From assembly GCA_964016885.1 (NCBI GenBank), contig OZ024742.1:87420001-87484000 (forward strand): 64,000 nt of DNA, written 5' to 3'. The position numbers were made by a program, and so were the translations under genes. Positions 60,245 through 64,000 of this stretch are shown here, one piece after another (the first letter of the stretch is position 1; each line of letters opens with the position of its first letter). Below the pieces are notes generated by a model, which was not told where the DNA came from, made no database searches, and was given only the letters and a program-made list of their open reading frames with translations. The stretch comes from Eledone cirrhosa (taxonomy: Eukaryota).

Positions 60245-60910
60245 ATATATATATATATATATATACATCATATAGTTAAAAAAAGTGATAAATATCAGGG
60301 ATTAAATAGCTATAGTGTAATTAGTGTCACACTTAATGAAACGACAAGCTAAGGAATCATCAAACTCACAGCAAATGTATGAAACACAAACTTTGAAATT
60401 CCTAAATATACATACGATTAGCTTTCGTGGGCGTCAAAATGAGCCATAGGGTTATTTCATCAGGATTTTCTGCACTACTTATTATGGCAATCAATTGTAT
60501 TTGCAACACATTCTGCGACTGAGTTTTTTGCGTTTTCCTTGATCTTCCTAATTTAGCAGCGCTTTCTTTGGAAGGTTTGTTGATTTACATACATTTCTGT
60601 TAACATTTGAAAAAAAGAGTCAGAATTAACCTTCGGATTTGTGAGTGATGATTGACATAAAACATTAAGCTGAATGTTTGGAGTAGCCATTTGATAACTT
60701 AATTATAGCTAATTTAATATACCATAACACCGCTGGTTACATGTTTGGTCCTTAGTGGGATTTATGCCATTTTATGTTTCATTTAGAACAAGCAATAACA
60801 TTTTCAGTTATTTCTGCATGTTAGTCTCTTACAGTTTCCAAGGAATTTTCGTTTACATATTAAACATATTTATCGCGTATCGACTACCTACATTATACAC
60901 ACACACACTC

Positions 60911-60947
<37 letters not shown>

Positions 60948-60992
60948 ATTATAGGAATATCCTAAGAGTGCTTATAAATACATTGTCTTATT

Positions 60993-61039
60993 AGCTAACA
61001 GTGTTTCATCCATACCATATGGCAGGAATCCTCAGAGCC
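60993..61039 (-). ncRNA. type I hammerhead motif related to 21414
   Basis: GGCU-CUGAGGA-UUCCUGCCAUAUGGUAUGGAU-GAAAC ACU GUU^AGCU. Confidence 0.72.
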
Positions 61040-61190
61040 TATAAACAGGAGTATATCAATAGTTGCATGCCCCATCAAGCTGCGTCACCGGAACAAGGTT
61101 AAAGGACAAGCAGGGGTGTCCCGAGGCCAGCCCTATATAGAAAAAGACACAATACATGACGCACATGATGTCATAAAATGTCATAATAAT

Positions 61191-61259
61191 TGTTTCTACT
61201 TTAGGCACAAGGCCAGCAATTACCCAGTGTATTACTGGTACTTTATTTTATCGACCCCG
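61191..61259 (-). mobile_element. 5'-truncated SINE with 17-bp target-site duplication
   Basis: taaaatgtcataataat at 61174-61190 and 61260-61276. Confidence 0.92.
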
Positions 61260-61779
61260 TAAAATGTCATAATAATGACATCAAAAATGACATCAACAAG
61301 TTATCACTTCAATGGGACAATAGATGATAAGGAGGTTGGGAGAGGGTAGCAAGAAACGAGTGAAGGTATTACTCAGCATGATCAAAAACAATAAAAAAAA
61401 CAACAACAAATAAAGCAAAGCATAGATACATCAAAGCAGAAGCAGAGCACATGAAGGGTGTACAGGCAGATTAAGATAGCTTGCAAACATGAGTCTTTGA
61501 GAAGAATAGTTGGTTAGCCGTGGTGCACCTTTATATGTATGATTGTCCATAGGAATGATGGTGCACTCCAGTTATATCGCCTTGTAACAGGTCGAATCTC
61601 CGTATCATATCAGCACCCTACGAACCATATCCATTGATTCTAGTGCCGAGCCTTAGGAGAGATAACACTATGTTTCTAAAACATATACCCCGGGGATTTT
61701 TCCGCATAGGCGGTCTGCGATAGACACCTAAAATCTAAAATAAAATAAAGTACAATGAGTTGAAGAAATGTAGGGTATA

Positions 61780-62493
61780 TGTACAACCGTCACACCAGTG
61801 AGGAAATAGAAAATACGACAGGTCCGCAATAACTGGGAATCCCCCAAAATCCTCACGTTCGGTCACTCAACCCAACGTCCCAAGAAAAATTCACTGTATG
61901 GGTGAGTCGGCGTCGAACCAAAGTGTCATACCGTATACAATTATACCACAGTAAATGTAAATCGTTATGGCTATCACGTCGCATAGAGATAAAGTGTACA
62001 TAGAAAACTCCCTTCCGGAATTACCTATGACAGAGTGAAAGAAAAGCAGATATGGTTACAATGATAAAGGGTTTATTAGAGTGAGTGCAAATTTCTATAG
62101 AATATATGGAGAACTCACGGCTAAAACGGTCAATGAGAGCTATGTTATTTATATGTCCGCCACCTGGTTTTCGTATGGATTACTGAATCACTGGCGGACA
62201 TATAAATAACATAGCTGTCATTGAGAGTTTTAGCTTGAGTTCTGTATATATTCTGTGACGGGATAGCCATCACGATTTACATTTACTGTGGTATAATTGT
62301 ATACGGTATGACACCTTGGTTTGACGCCGACTCGGCCATACAGTGAACTTCACTTGGGATGTTGGGTTGAGTGACCGAACGTGAGGACTTTGGGGGATGC
62401 CAGTTATTGTGGACCTGTCGTATTTTCTATTTCCTCACTGGTGCGACGGCTGTACACCAGTGAAGAAATAGAAAATACGACAGGTCCGCAATA
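61780..62493. repeat. inverted repeat (61780-62162 / 62192-62456, ~115-bp indel) plus a second switch-back copy at 62454-62493
   Basis: ccgtatacaattataccacagtaaatgtaaatcg mirrors cgatttacatttactgtggtataattgtatacgg. Confidence 0.88.
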
Positions 62494-63731
62494 TTCTAAT
62501 ACTTGTCTTCGTTTTTTTTCTTTTTTGTGCAGTTAATACTCTCAAAGATTTTCTTTCTACTGGCTCGATAATAGTGCTTTTCCCCAAATCCATAATCTGA
62601 TAATCTTACTATTTATTCTCACTTTATTTTACTTGGCTAGTCCCGAAGGTAATCTTCCTGAGTTCTTTAAGCTCATGAACATCGCTAAATGTTTGAAGTA
62701 GATGGTTGTTACGTACGCGCAAACACTTGCCCGTGTTCTGCTGCGAAATGAAAAAGAACAAATACTCAACATGCACCACAATATATGTTAGAATATAATA
62801 TATCGCGTTATGTACAGGCGCATGATTCGTTACCGCATGTGTATGATGCATTACACACCTCTTTGCTAATCCCTTATGTAAAAGTTCGACAAATTAGGTC
62901 ATATATATCACGTTATATATCTAACGTGTATATATATATATATTATTGGAAAAAGGTAACTGGTTCCTCTCACTGGCAATGCTGGAAAAAGTGGATCTGT
63001 TTTGGTGATAATATGATTTCAGCACATAAATTACATTATAGTTCAAATGTAGGAATATCTTCATTTCATGTTTTCTCAGCTATTGTTTTCTTCTGTTTTA
63101 TCTATTTTTCCTTATGAATAAAATTAACTGAGCGTATTCCGTTTTTTTGATGTGTCTGATACGCATTCTCACAGTTCACACAATGCTTCCTTCTTAGTAT
63201 GCTACTTTTTAAGAAAGTATATATTAACTTGCATACTACCCTTAAAATTGACGGGGTGTATACTAAACAAAAATGATTCCATTTAATATTTCTATTCCAT
63301 TACATTCTGTTTGAAACGACTTGAATATGCTAGTTTATCTTTAGCTTCGAAATATTGAATATGCACTTATCCTGCTCACTTAATTCTGTTTCATGCTTTT
63401 CTATGAAACATATTACCTATAAGCCACGATGGAATGTGGGAGCATCCTGAATGGCTCAGTTGGTGAAATATTCCAAATAATGTTTTTATCAAATGAATAG
63501 AATTATTCTCCAGTTGCTTATTCGGTTCTATCACAGCAAGCAAGTAAATTAACAATTATGGTTGTAACATTACGAAATAGGCCAGCATCTTTGACGTGAG
63601 TAAATTTAGTTGTATTAGCAACAATACCTGAATAGATAGTCATTTTATTCACAGCAAAAGAAGGTTTAGTACGTTGTAAGAAAAACTACAAGATATATGT
63701 GGTCGACGCTCAAACATGATTGAGCGAAATA

Positions 63732-63930
63732 TCTATATATCTAAAACAGAGAATGTCTGTATGAATGTATGTCTGTCTGTATGTCTATACGGTCCGTAAA
63801 ACACGAGAACCACCCAACCGATTGTTTTCAAACTTTACACAAGTAATACTTATGGTACTGCGAGCCTTTTGAGCAATAAGTATTTCAGAATTCCAATGCC
63901 CTAGGGACCGCATTAGGTGATCTAGCGATA
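63732..63930 (+). mobile_element. possible non-autonomous Helitron 5' end
   Basis: A|TCTATATATCTAAAA start, (gtct)n tract and caaccgatt...aaacttta motif resemble invertebrate Helitron-N elements. The 3' CTRR end was not securely identified. Confidence 0.45.
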
Positions 63931-64000
63931 TATCTCTATAATTCTTAGTCTTTCCTTTTAGATAGATACATAGATATATCGTTGCGCCCTTATAATATAT

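Overview
AT-rich, microsatellite-dense animal genomic DNA. The SINE family and the (AT)n load suggest an octopod cephalopod (inference). Only one host exon is convincing: a 180-bp phase 1-1 Sushi/CCP exon at 23133-23312 (+). The rest is repeats: two tandem R4/Dong-type non-LTR retrotransposons in (TAA)n, fragments of RTE, CRE-like, Tc1/mariner, pogo-like, Helitron-like and Penelope-like elements, and tRNA-derived SINEs. The most notable signal is a dense set of short non-coding elements inserted in or beside (AT)n tracts. They are built as fold-back inverted repeats and/or partial tandem units of about 378, 469, 530 and 593 bp. Many carry type I hammerhead ribozyme motifs with palindromic stem III. 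The best case is a 469-bp tandem array (49101-50074) with two perfect hammerheads, a retrozyme-like candidate for a 469-nt circular RNA. One family carries a U3-A8 core variant and is joined to a Penelope-like GIY-YIG fragment. All calls were made by eye; no searches were run and coordinates may be off by a few bases.
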